This document shows, in pieces, positions 26,393 to 35,251 of a stretch of DNA of 64,000 nucleotides. Both the position numbers and the translations under genes were made by a program. Source of the stretch: Candidatus Nealsonbacteria bacterium (GTDB lineage Bacteria > Patescibacteriota > Minisyncoccia > Minisyncoccales > UBA6532); the NCBI GenBank assembly GCA_016186485.1, contig JACPLN010000008.1:8673-72672 (forward strand). Reading direction: 5' to 3'. Below the pieces are notes generated by a model. It saw only the letters and a list, made by a program, of their open reading frames with translations. It was not told the origin of the DNA and made no database searches. The stretch's first letter is position 1. Each line of letters starts with the position of its first letter.

Positions 26393-27597
26393 AAAAGGAT
26401 TTTCCGGTTTTTAAAAACCACCCCAAACTGGTTTACCTTGATTCTGCGGCTACTTCTTTAAAGCCAAGGGGTGTAATTGTGAAATTAGTGGAATATTACG
26501 AGAAATACCCGGCTAACGTTTTCAGGGGAATCTACAAAATTTCAGAAAAGGCGACCGAAGAGCTTGAAGAAACAAGAAAAATCGTTGCTGATTTTATAGG
26601 AGCTAAAACGCCGAAAGAAGTAATTTTTACCCGCAACACCACCGAATCAATCAACCTGGTCAGTTACGCATTGGGAGAAAAAATATTAAGAAAGGGCGAT
26701 GAAGTCGCTCTTTCAATAGCGGAACACCACTCTAACTTTGTGCCCTGGCAGCAGCTAGCTAAGAAAAACGGAGCTGTTTTTAAAATAATAGATGTAAACG
26801 AAGACGGAAAACTGATTATCAAAAAAGGTTTCTTTTCAAGAAAAACAAAAATTCTGGCCCTAACTTATGTTTCAAATGTTTTGGGAACGATAAATCCAAT
26901 AAAGGAAATAATAAAGCTGGCGAAATCAGAAAACCCTGGGATAATAACCGTTATTGACGCCGCCCAAGCCATCCCCCATCTTAAAATAGACGTTAAAAAA
27001 CTGGGAGCCGACTTCCTGGCTTTTTCTTCCCATAAAATGCTGGGCCCGACAGGCCTGGGAATTTTGTGGGGAAAAGAAAAAATCTTGCAGGAGATGAAAC
27101 CATTCAATTTCGGCGGAGAAATGGTAGAAGAGGTTTCAATCAAAAAAACTACGTTTAAAGAGCCCCCTCTCAAGTTTGAAGCCGGCACGCCGGATATTGC
27201 GGGAATAATCGCTTTGAAAGAAGCAATAAGATACCTTTCAAAAATTGGTTTCAAGAATATAAGAAGACACGAAATTGAAATTACAAGATACGCCATGGAA
27301 CGGATGCTCAAAGAATTCGGAGAAAGAATAAAGATCTTCGGGCCAAAAGACCCGCGAGATCGGGGCGGAATAATATCTTTTGCGCTTTCGGGCCTGCATC
27401 CTCATGACGTTGCCCAAATTTTAGACGAAAAAAACATATGCGTCAGAGCGGGGCACCACTGCGCCATTCCCCTTCATAAAAGATTAGGGGTTCCTGCCAC
27501 AACCAGGGCCAGCTTTTACATTTACAACGACAAGAAAGATATAGATAAATTAATTTTAGGGCTGAAGAAAGCATGGATTCTATTTACAAAGAAATAA
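26371..27597 (+). CDS. sufS: Cysteine desulfurase SufS
   Basis: YLDSAATS, the PLP-Lys region FSSHKMLGPTG, and the active-site RAGHHCA. Confidence 0.9.
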   Translation: MFSVNKIKKDFPVFKNHPKLVYLDSAATSLKPRGVIVKLVEYYEKYPANVFRGIYKISEKATEELEETRKIVADFIGAKTPKEVIFTRNTTESINLVSYALGEKILRKGDEVALSIAEHHSNFVPWQQLAKKNGAVFKIIDVNEDGKLIIKKGFFSRKTKILALTYVSNVLGTINPIKEIIKLAKSENPGIITVIDAAQAIPHLKIDVKKLGADFLAFSSHKMLGPTGLGILWGKEKILQEMKPFNFGGEMVEEVSIKKTTFKEPPLKFEAGTPDIAGIIALKEAIRYLSKIGFKNIRRHEIEITRYAMERMLKEFGERIKIFGPKDPRDRGGIISFALSGLHPHDVAQILDEKNICVRAGHHCAIPLHKRLGVPATTRASFYIYNDKKDIDKLILGLKKAWILFTKK

Positions 27598-27941
27598 TTC
27601 TTGAATACTATAAAAACCCGAAGAATTATGGCAGAATAAAAAAACCGACCAGTAGCGCCTTTCTCGCAAACCCCCTTTGCGGAGACAAAATAAGAATTGA
27701 TGTTATTTTGAAAAAAGGAAAGGTAAGAGAAATTAAGTTTTCCGGGGATGGCTGCGCGATTTCTCAGGCTTCGGCTTCCTTGCTCACGGAATACAGCAAG
27801 CAAAAAAAAGCGACTATTCTTAAGAAAATCGGCCCCAAAAAGGTTTTGCAAATGCTTGGGATAAAAATCGGCCCCGCAAGGCTAAAATGCGCTCTTTTAC
27901 CCTTGGAGGTTTTTAAAAAAGCAATTAGCAAAACCCCGTAG
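27573..27941 (+). CDS. sufU: SufU/IscU-like Fe-S scaffold or sulfur acceptor
   Basis: NPLCGDKIRIDV...FSGDGCAISQASASLL...RLKCALLP, a three-Cys SufU pattern. The last two codons and stop lie inside MITE copy 4. Confidence 0.85.
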   Translation: MDSIYKEIILEYYKNPKNYGRIKKPTSSAFLANPLCGDKIRIDVILKKGKVREIKFSGDGCAISQASASLLTEYSKQKKATILKKIGPKKVLQMLGIKIGPARLKCALLPLEVFKKAISKTP

Positions 27942-28011
27942 TGAATTTTTGACTTATTTCACAATATTAGTTTTTCTTTTAAGAAAAACTTGTCGAAAAT
28001 CTACTACGGGG
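27934..28011. mobile_element. Hairpin MITE-like element, copy 4 (78 bp)
   Basis: CCCCGTAGTGAATTTTTGAC...GTCGAAAATCTACTACGGGG. Flanked by AAA(A) on the left and AAA(G) on the right. Confidence 0.55.
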
Positions 28012-28044
28012 AAAGGTCGTAAAAAAATAAATAAATTTTTATTC

Positions 28045-28509
28045 ATGATTAAAACCTTAAAAGCTAAAGCCCATTGCGATATTCCCTGCTCAATTTATGA
28101 GCCGACTCCGGCTAAAATCGCCGCCAAAACCGTTCAAAGAATGGTAGAGCAATTAGAAGAGTTCTCGGCTCCAAAAGACATGTCTGACAAAAAGGCTGTT
28201 CTTCACTACTTCAACTATGTTTCAAGAAGAGTAGCAGCAAAAGAAGAACACTCCCAGATATGCAAAAAAGAGCTTTCAATTCTCTGGACCGATTTCTTCA
28301 AGCAAGAACACCTTGATAAGTTTCCGAATTTGCACGACGTTTTTTGGAAAGCCTTAAAGCTTTGCTCAAAGAACAAGCAAGAGGTTAGTCTGGAATCAGC
28401 CAAAGAACTGGTTAGGGCCGTTGACGAAATAGCTAAAATTTTCTACGAAACAAAGGGCGACAAAGACCGCTATGGAGCTTATCAAGAAATCACCGATAAA
28501 CTATATTAA
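28045..28509 (+). CDS. sodN: Nickel superoxide dismutase precursor
   Basis: MIKTLKAKA | HCDIPCSIYEP is the Ni-hook (HCxxPCxxY) after a short pro-peptide. LWTDFFK and IAKIFYETK match Streptomyces NiSOD. Start trimmed from 27949 because that extension reads through MITE copy 4. Confidence 0.85.
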   Translation: MIKTLKAKAHCDIPCSIYEPTPAKIAAKTVQRMVEQLEEFSAPKDMSDKKAVLHYFNYVSRRVAAKEEHSQICKKELSILWTDFFKQEHLDKFPNLHDVFWKALKLCSKNKQEVSLESAKELVRAVDEIAKIFYETKGDKDRYGAYQEITDKLY

Positions 28510-28774
28510 GCACTCCCTTTTCAGGGTAAAGATTGAGGGGGAAAGCTGCTGGCCAAAACTTATTCCCGGCAAAACTTACCTTGGAACTTGTATTTTTAAA
28601 CCTAGGGTTGGCGATTTTGTGGTTTTTAAAAACGCGGGGCAGGGGCTTTTGGTAAAAGAGGTTAAAGCTATAAATTACCAAGGTTATATTGTCGGAGGAA
28701 CGCTGTCTTTTGCAAAAAATATGAGAATCAATAAAAACTCTATTCTTGGCAAAATATGCCTGTGTCTGAATTGA
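28472..28774 (+). CDS. sodX: SodX-like S26-family peptidase (NiSOD maturation protease)
   Basis: VKIEGESCWPKLIPGK corresponds to GxSMxP, and GDFVVF...LLVKEVKA to the K general-base region. Lies directly after sodN. The exact start is uncertain. Confidence 0.6.
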   Translation: MELIKKSPINYIKHSLFRVKIEGESCWPKLIPGKTYLGTCIFKPRVGDFVVFKNAGQGLLVKEVKAINYQGYIVGGTLSFAKNMRINKNSILGKICLCLN

Positions 28775-29061
28775 CGAATAAAATAATGGAGGGGCTTGAA
28801 AAAGTAATGGACCCGGAGCTTAATATCTCAATAGTGGATTTGGGACTGATTTTAGCGGTGCATGAAAACAAAGGGAACGTTCATATAAAAATGACCCTCA
28901 CAACAATGGGTTGTCCCTTATTTTCTACAATTGAAGAAGAAATCAAAAAGAAGCTGTCTCAAATCCCCGGCATAAAAAATATCATTGTAGAATTAACTTT
29001 TGACCCGCCTTGGACGAAAGACCGCCTCTCTTCCAACGCTAAGGCCCTACTCGGACTTTAA
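28756..29061 (+). CDS. sufT: DUF59/SufT-type Fe-S assembly protein
   Basis: VMDPELNISIVDLGLI...VHIKMTLTTMGCPLFSTIEEEI..., an MIP18/SufT pattern. Confidence 0.75.
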   Translation: MPVSELTNKIMEGLEKVMDPELNISIVDLGLILAVHENKGNVHIKMTLTTMGCPLFSTIEEEIKKKLSQIPGIKNIIVELTFDPPWTKDRLSSNAKALLGL

Positions 29062-29087
29062 TAAAAATCCGCCTTAAAAGGCGGTCC

Positions 29088-30248
29088 TTAATCGTACCCG
29101 GGGCATTGATCCGAAGCAATACTAATATTGCTGTATCTTTTATCGTCGGTAACCTCTTTTACAACTTGTAAAAACGGCGGCAGTCTAAGTTCTTGCTGTT
29201 CTTTAGTAAGCTCGACTTCAAGCCTTACCAGATTCATCGGGGAAGAAATTACGTCTAGCTGGAAATACTGATCTTCCCATGAAAAATTATATCGTTTTTT
29301 AACAATCGGCTGTTTTTCGGGATCCTTTTCCGAAAGCAGTATCAAGAACTCTCTAGCGCTGATTATTCTTTCAACTTCCTGCCTGACCCCCGGTTTAATA
29401 TCCTGCTTTTCTGTATAGGTATAGACCGTTCCCCCGCCGTCAATTTGCTGGCGTTTCCTTATTCTTCTTATGATATTGCTCTCTTTTGGCAAAAGATAGA
29501 CCTGGTTGATATCTGAGGCAACAAAAGGAACCGTTATGTCTTTAACGAGGGTTGCTTTTGATAAAAGGAAGCTTCTTTCAATTTCCAATGGAACCGGAAT
29601 TCCCAGGGTCTTGCAAACTGCCTGCAAAAGCAGATCCATTTTTTCCTTAAAGGTTATTCTCCTTTTTCTTTTTCCCGCCAGCTTGGTATTGCTAATAATG
29701 GTGAGATGTTCGTGCCCAAGCCAGGCATTTAATGTTCTTGCGTCAGTTAAACGAGCTTCTGCCGGCGTTTCATAACGAACCGGGTTATTGTAACCATAAG
29801 AACTCTCTGCTCCTTCTGCAGCAGTCACCAGATGAAACACTGCGTCGTTGCGCTTATCCCTCAGGCTTGTTTCGTCAAAACCCATATCTTCTATCATTGC
29901 GTCAAAAACAAACGGATCCATAAAAGACTTAATGTCCATTGCTCCTCTGTCCGCAATCAATACCTTGTTTTGCCCCGGCTGAATTCTGGCAAATTTCTTC
30001 ATTTGGTCTTCAAGCATTAACTGGGTTAAAAGCATTTGTCTTTGGAACTCAAAATATAGCTTTGGATCTCCGGCGATTTTCTTTATGTTAATCCCGCATG
30101 AAAAAACCATTGTTGCGACTTCCGGGACCAAAAACGGAGTAATTCCGTAATCCTGGAGCTTTTGCATCAGCATTGACAATCCGGTGGTTTTACCAGAGCA
30201 AGGCCCGCCGGTTAAAACTATCTTCCTAATTCTCTTTTTTTCTTTCAA
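29088..30248 (-). CDS. P-loop ATPase (AAA_28/NadR-like) fused to a C-terminal CYTH-like domain
   Basis: The N-terminus has IVLTGGPCSGKTT. The C-terminus has a CYTH-type beta-barrel pattern beginning LEIERSFLL and ending LVRLEVEL. The ExExK lysine is replaced by Ser. Confidence 0.6.
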   Translation of the reverse strand: MKEKKRIRKIVLTGGPCSGKTTGLSMLMQKLQDYGITPFLVPEVATMVFSCGINIKKIAGDPKLYFEFQRQMLLTQLMLEDQMKKFARIQPGQNKVLIADRGAMDIKSFMDPFVFDAMIEDMGFDETSLRDKRNDAVFHLVTAAEGAESSYGYNNPVRYETPAEARLTDARTLNAWLGHEHLTIISNTKLAGKRKRRITFKEKMDLLLQAVCKTLGIPVPLEIERSFLLSKATLVKDITVPFVASDINQVYLLPKESNIIRRIRKRQQIDGGGTVYTYTEKQDIKPGVRQEVERIISAREFLILLSEKDPEKQPIVKKRYNFSWEDQYFQLDVISSPMNLVRLEVELTKEQQELRLPPFLQVVKEVTDDKRYSNISIASDQCPGYD

Positions 30249-30331
30249 AGTGCTTGACCTAGATTAGGTATAGTGAAAAATTTACTTTCAGTCAAATAAA
30301 AAAACCGCCCGGCTGGCGGCTGACTTTAACC

Positions 30332-30829
30332 TTATTCTAAAAACCGAAGTTTCCCGACCAGTTTTGTATTAGACCACCGTTGGCCAAAACCTAACCAGCG
30401 CCCGGAGCCAACGAGAATCAAAGCCAAGATAACAAAAATATAGATTATGTGTTCGTCCAAAAACGGGTTGTGTTCCGGTGGCATGAATCCTGCGGTATAA
30501 AAGAAAGTCAGCATTAAAATAGCCACCGACCCTCCTAGCCTCAACAAGACGCCAAAAATAAGAGTAATTCCGGCAAATAAAAGGCCTAACATAAAAAGCC
30601 AATCAACCAGAGGGTTCCCGGCTAAGCTTTGATAAAATGGGGCGAAAATACCTTTAGTTGCAAACTTCAAAAAACCAAAGGTTGGAGAACTTCCCGCAAT
30701 CCAGGATTTTTCCGGAAGAGTGCTGAATCCCAGCCCGAACAGTTTGTCAATAAAAGCCCAGAAAAAAATCCAGCCCATAGCCAATCTTAAAAGCCCGAAA
30801 GCGTATTTTGCCTTGTTTTCTCTTTCCAT
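30332..30829 (-). CDS. DoxX-family membrane protein
   Basis: From the ATG at 30829: MERENKAKYAFGLLRLAMGWIFFWAFIDKLFG..., 4 TM. The longer track ORF overlaps the SDR gene. Confidence 0.7.
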   Translation of the reverse strand: MERENKAKYAFGLLRLAMGWIFFWAFIDKLFGLGFSTLPEKSWIAGSSPTFGFLKFATKGIFAPFYQSLAGNPLVDWLFMLGLLFAGITLIFGVLLRLGGSVAILMLTFFYTAGFMPPEHNPFLDEHIIYIFVILALILVGSGRWLGFGQRWSNTKLVGKLRFLE

Positions 30830-30833
30830 TTTT

Positions 30834-31589
30834 TTATTTAGCCAGCCACCCTCCGTCAATGTAGAAAGTGGCGCCGGTAATATAGCTGGCTTCTTTTGAA
30901 GCCAAAAAAACGACCAGGGCCGAAACCTCTTCTGGTTTTCCAATACGCTGCAATGGAACCCTCAAACGAATCTCTTCTTTCAACTCTTCGCTGACCGGCC
31001 CTATCATCGGCGTTTCAATCGCGCCAGGAGATACTGCGTTAACCGTAATCCCCAAAGGCGCTAATTCTACGGCAAGAGTTTCTGTCATGCCGATAATTCC
31101 TCCTTTTGAGGCAGAATAATGGGCCGCTCCCTCAAAACCGATGCCTGTTCCCCCCGAAGCGATTGAAGAAATATTTATAATCCTTCCCCATTTGTTTTTT
31201 GCCATTTCTTTGGCTGCAATTTGGGCGCAAAGAAACTCTCCCCTTAGATTGATATTGATCGTTCTGTCCCATTCTTCCTCAGTTATGTCTAAAGCAGATT
31301 TTGGAGAAAAAATACCGGCGTTATTTACCAAAATATCAAGGCTGCTAAAGCGCTTTATTGTCTCTTTAATTACATTTTCTATTTCGGATTTTTGGGAAAC
31401 ATCCATTTTAAAAGAAACCGCTTCACCCCCTTTCTTTTTAATCTCGTCTGCAACTTGCCGGCACTCTTTTTCGTTAATATCGGTTACGGCTACTTTTGCG
31501 CCGCTTTGGGCAAGCAAAATAGAATGGGATTTTCCCATACCCCGTCCTGCCCCGGTTACTAAAGCAACCTTGCCCTTAAGGTCAAACAT
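30834..31589 (-). CDS. SDR-family oxidoreductase (FabG-like)
   Basis: TGAGRGMG cofactor motif, NNAG, and the YSASK catalytic motif. Confidence 0.9.
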   Translation of the reverse strand: MFDLKGKVALVTGAGRGMGKSHSILLAQSGAKVAVTDINEKECRQVADEIKKKGGEAVSFKMDVSQKSEIENVIKETIKRFSSLDILVNNAGIFSPKSALDITEEEWDRTININLRGEFLCAQIAAKEMAKNKWGRIINISSIASGGTGIGFEGAAHYSASKGGIIGMTETLAVELAPLGITVNAVSPGAIETPMIGPVSEELKEEIRLRVPLQRIGKPEEVSALVVFLASKEASYITGATFYIDGGWLAK

Positions 31590-31595
31590 AATTTA

Positions 31596-33704
31596 TTATA
31601 ACTTATTTTTCCGCAAAATCATTGCGTTTATTGCCACAATTACCGTTGAGGCAGACATAAAGATTGCTGCTACCGCCGGCTCCAAAAGTATTCCTTTTGA
31701 AGCTAAAATTCCTGCCGCCAAAGGCAAAGCAATAACATTGTAACCGGTAGCCCAAAAAATATTCTGCATCATTTTACCGTAGGTAAGCCTTGAAAGACGA
31801 ATTATTTTTGGAATGTCTCTGGGGTCGTTCCTAACCAAGATGATTCCGGCTGATTCAATGGCAACATTGGTCCCGGCTCCAATGGCAATGCCAAGATCGG
31901 CCTGGGTTAAAGCCGGAGCATCGTTGACTCCATCTCCCACCATAGCTACCCTCACCCCTCTGCGCTGCAGAAATTTTACTTTGCCTGCTTTTTCTGCCGG
32001 CTCAACCCTTGCAAAGTACTCGTCAATGCCAAGTTCCTGGGCCGCAAAAGCGGCAACATCTTCCGAGTCTCCGGTTACCATGGCAACCTTTACTCCCTGT
32101 TTTTTCAGCGCTTTCACCGCTTCCTTTGATTCCTCCCTGATAAGGTCGGCTAAAGCAATGGCTCCGGCAAGTTTTCCTTCAGAAATTACATATATAACCG
32201 TCTTTCCCTGCAAGGAAAGAGAATTTACTTCATCAACAAATTCCTTTTCTGGTTTAATGTCCATTTCTTTCAAAATAGCTTCGCTTCCTACTATAACCTC
32301 CTTTCCTTCTATTTTCCCCCTCGCCCCTTTTCCCGGGATTCTCTGAAAATCCATCACCTCAGAAAGCGTAATGCCTTTTTTACCAGCCTCTTTTACCATT
32401 GCTTTGGCAATGGCATGTTCTGAATTGCGATTCACGGACGAGCCGAGAAAAATGACCTCTTTGTCTTCAAGACCAAAAGCGGGAATAACTTTATCAATGC
32501 CGAATTCACCCTTTGTAAGAGTGCCTGTTTTGTCAAACAAAACAATGTCAATGTTTCTTGCCGCTTCCAGGGCCAGACGCTGTTTAACAATGAAGCCGTG
32601 GCGGGCAGCCATATTCGTGGAAATGGAAGCAACAAGAGGAACAGCCAGCCCCAAGGCATGGGGGCAGGCAATCACCAGTATTGCCACCAAACGGGCCACG
32701 GCAAAAGTTATTGCGGCCCCAACAAAAATCCAAGCGGAAAAAGTCAAAATTCCTGCACCAATAGCAACCAAAGTCAGCAAAAAGGCCGCTTTGTCAGAAA
32801 GCATCTGGAGGCGGGATTTTGAAACCTGGGCCTGGGCTACCAGCCTTGCAACCCCGGCTAAAAAAGTATCTTCGCCTATTTTCGCGACCTCAACTTTTAG
32901 GCTGCCGTCACCGTTTATTGTGCCGGCAATTACTTCCTGGCCCGGCCTTTTTAAGACAAGCCTTGATTCTCCGGTAACGATTGCTTCGTTTACTTCCGAC
33001 TGTCCGTCAACAACCTTAGCGTCGGCCGGGATTTTAGCCCCCGGTTTTACCAAAACAATATCCCCAACCGATAATTTATTAATAGGAATAACCGCGATAT
33101 CGTTTCCTCGGATTACTTCGGCGTTTTCAGGCAAAAGCTTAGCCAGCTCTTTTAATGCTCCCCTTGCTCCCTGGACCGCCTTCATTTCCAGCCAATGCCC
33201 CAAAAGCATTATTGTAATCAAGGTGGCTAATTCCCAGAAAAGAGGTTTTAGCCCTGCGAAGGCAGCATAGACGCTCCAGAAATAAGCTGCGCTGATTGCC
33301 AAGGCAATTAAAGTCATCATCCCGGGCAATTTTGCCTTTAATTCTATAAAAGCTCCTTTTATAAATTCCCATCCTCCGTAAAAGAAAACTACGGAGCCGA
33401 ATATCAACATTAAGTAATCGGAACCGGGAAATAACGGGGCTTTCCATTTTAAAATGATTTCAGGTAATTCTGAATAAAGAATAATTGGAAAAGTCAGCAA
33501 AAGACTTACCCAAAACTTTCTCAAAAACATTTCGGTGCTGTGCCCGACGTGTTTATCATTATCATGGTTTTGAAATTTGGGTTTTGAGATTTGAGATTTT
33601 ATGAGGTTCATTCCGCACTCAGGACAAATTCCCGGCTCGTCTTGCCGTACTTCAGGATGCATTGGGCAGGTATAAAATGTTTGGTTGACGCGATTATGAT
33701 CCAT
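31596..33704 (-). CDS. copB: Copper-translocating P1B-type ATPase, CPH (CopB-like) subtype
   Basis: N-terminal CPMHPE...CPECGM metal-binding motif, TGES, the CPH TM motif (VIACPHALGLA), DKTGTLT, and GDGVNDAPAL. Confidence 0.9.
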   Translation of the reverse strand: MDHNRVNQTFYTCPMHPEVRQDEPGICPECGMNLIKSQISKPKFQNHDNDKHVGHSTEMFLRKFWVSLLLTFPIILYSELPEIILKWKAPLFPGSDYLMLIFGSVVFFYGGWEFIKGAFIELKAKLPGMMTLIALAISAAYFWSVYAAFAGLKPLFWELATLITIMLLGHWLEMKAVQGARGALKELAKLLPENAEVIRGNDIAVIPINKLSVGDIVLVKPGAKIPADAKVVDGQSEVNEAIVTGESRLVLKRPGQEVIAGTINGDGSLKVEVAKIGEDTFLAGVARLVAQAQVSKSRLQMLSDKAAFLLTLVAIGAGILTFSAWIFVGAAITFAVARLVAILVIACPHALGLAVPLVASISTNMAARHGFIVKQRLALEAARNIDIVLFDKTGTLTKGEFGIDKVIPAFGLEDKEVIFLGSSVNRNSEHAIAKAMVKEAGKKGITLSEVMDFQRIPGKGARGKIEGKEVIVGSEAILKEMDIKPEKEFVDEVNSLSLQGKTVIYVISEGKLAGAIALADLIREESKEAVKALKKQGVKVAMVTGDSEDVAAFAAQELGIDEYFARVEPAEKAGKVKFLQRRGVRVAMVGDGVNDAPALTQADLGIAIGAGTNVAIESAGIILVRNDPRDIPKIIRLSRLTYGKMMQNIFWATGYNVIALPLAAGILASKGILLEPAVAAIFMSASTVIVAINAMILRKNKL

Positions 33705-33709
33705 TGGTC

Positions 33710-33994
33710 TTATGGTCGTGAAAGTAATTTATTGTACAGCCAGGCGAATAAATAAGCGGTAAGGTATGTGTATAATAATATCGGCAACAATCCCAAAATG
33801 AATGTGACAAAAGTCACTTCAACTCCGCCAGCGAACTTTTCTACATTGACGATATGAAGCATCCATCCTAAAAACTTTAGGGCTGCATCTGGTGCGATTG
33901 CAGTAAACGCTGCGCAGACCGCATAAACAATACCCATAGTTACCGTGGCCGCAAGTGAAAGTTTGTTTGCATTTAATTCCATATTTTTATACAA
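33710..33994 (-). CDS. Small 2-3 TM membrane protein adjacent to copB
   Basis: 94-aa hydrophobic ORF 6 nt downstream of copB. Confidence 0.5.
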   Translation of the reverse strand: MYKNMELNANKLSLAATVTMGIVYAVCAAFTAIAPDAALKFLGWMLHIVNVEKFAGGVEVTFVTFILGLLPILLYTYLTAYLFAWLYNKLLSRP

Positions 33995-34016
33995 TTTTAT
34001 TTTTTATCGACCTTTG

Positions 34017-34883
34017 CTATGCTCCGCATCCGCTGTTTGATTTGCGCTCTAACGGAGTTATTTGGTTTAATATTTGGCGATAGCCCCAGGCGCTTGAAAA
34101 ATTATATCCCAATATCTCTTTCGGATTCGCTTTCTCAAAGGAAATACTTTTTGTTTCAAGATATTGTGCAATGGCAAGATATGTGTCCGGGAACCAATAT
34201 GAATTCACCCGGAGGGCGACGCGATACATTTCCTCCTCCGAAACACCCTGCGAGGCCATCAATTCAAGAAGACCAAGCATAGCCATACCGTGATTGCAGT
34301 CGGGAAAATAAGTCGGGTTATTGCAGCAGGGGCGATAGATATTCTTTGAAACCCGCTCAACCAGCGCCTGCTGTTCTTTAGTCAAAACGATGAAGGAATG
34401 AGAAGAATAATGGTCCATGGCATCGCCCTTTGCCAAAGTCCATCCGCCGGTTGAGGCGAAATTTCCCGGACCGCCGTACCCTGCGTCCATCATCGGCCCT
34501 TTCTCTAAAATATCATTTTTATTACCTAATCCCAAGGCCCATAATATGTTCAAAATTATCCCGGAGTTTTCAGGGGTAATTTCAAGGTTATCCTTACTGC
34601 CTTGAGAAAGCAAACCCTGGTAGGCAGGCCCGAGTTTCTCCGGGTCAATTACTCCTGCGTCAGCCATTTTCACCCCAATATCCCCCAAAGAAACCGGCAA
34701 AACCACTCCGTCCTCCGGCAAAACAAAATTTTCTAGATTTAAAGAATTGTCTTTAGCGCCAAAAATCCAGCTAAAAACAAGAAAAGTAAAAAATCCAAAT
34801 ATAGCCGCCCATTGCCAATAATTAACTTTTAATTTTTCCCGCCTGCCGGCCAGGCAAAGTTTCTTAATTTTATTCAGCAACAT
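34017..34883 (-). CDS. Membrane-anchored extracytoplasmic protein with a CCNNPTYFPDCNHG motif
   Basis: N-terminal TM, then a conserved-looking Cys/His cluster. Sits in a metal/thiol cluster context. Confidence 0.5.
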   Translation of the reverse strand: MLLNKIKKLCLAGRREKLKVNYWQWAAIFGFFTFLVFSWIFGAKDNSLNLENFVLPEDGVVLPVSLGDIGVKMADAGVIDPEKLGPAYQGLLSQGSKDNLEITPENSGIILNILWALGLGNKNDILEKGPMMDAGYGGPGNFASTGGWTLAKGDAMDHYSSHSFIVLTKEQQALVERVSKNIYRPCCNNPTYFPDCNHGMAMLGLLELMASQGVSEEEMYRVALRVNSYWFPDTYLAIAQYLETKSISFEKANPKEILGYNFSSAWGYRQILNQITPLERKSNSGCGA

Positions 34884-35251
34884 TTTTTAAGTTTTTCTTT
34901 TAATTCTTCCACTGTTTTGAGGTTAGAACCGGATTTTTGCCGGAAAAACAAAACATATCCTAAGACCAAAAGCACTATAATTGATCCAGCAACAGTCACT
35001 AAACTAATGTTTTTAAGCCCAATGTACGCTAAAGACATGCCAAAAACAATTACTGCCGACTTCCACAACAAAGATCTGCCCGCTCTCATGGCAACGCCGG
35101 CAACCGTGCCTCCCATTAATAATGCGGCTGCCGTCTGCCAGTTTTCGTAATCCAAGAAGCCGCTGTAGATACCTGCCAGAATCAAAACCCAGGACAGAGA
35201 AACCCCGGCGCAAACCGGACAAACTTTAACGGATAAAATCTTATTAATCAT
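34874..35251 (-). CDS. Membrane protein with an N-terminal CPVC and a C-terminal CC
   Basis: From the ATG at 35251 (MINKILSVKVCPVCAG...), overlapping the ccdA stop (ATGA). Confidence 0.5.
   Translation of the reverse strand: MINKILSVKVCPVCAGVSLSWVLILAGIYSGFLDYENWQTAAALLMGGTVAGVAMRAGRSLLWKSAVIVFGMSLAYIGLKNISLVTVAGSIIVLLVLGYVLFFRQKSGSNLKTVEELKEKLKKCC

Noticed and set aside
27949-28044. N-terminal 32 codons of track ORF 27949-28509 (MTYFTILVFLLRKTCRKSTTGKG...)
   Set aside because: They read through MITE copy 4. NiSOD pro-peptides are short, and MIKTLKAKA-HCDIPC from ATG 28045 fits the known architecture.
32371-33270. Long antisense ORFs inside large genes, e.g. 32371-33270 and 31813-32346 (copB), 13861-14325 (ftsH), 19388-20107 (cupredoxin-fusion gene), 42038-42745 (ATPase), 11016-11627 and 12278-12769 (accessory genes), and 44931-45428
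   Set aside because: Each lies entirely opposite a confidently identified or longer CDS and has a low-complexity S/A/P/L-rich translation with no motifs. These are typical shadow ORFs.
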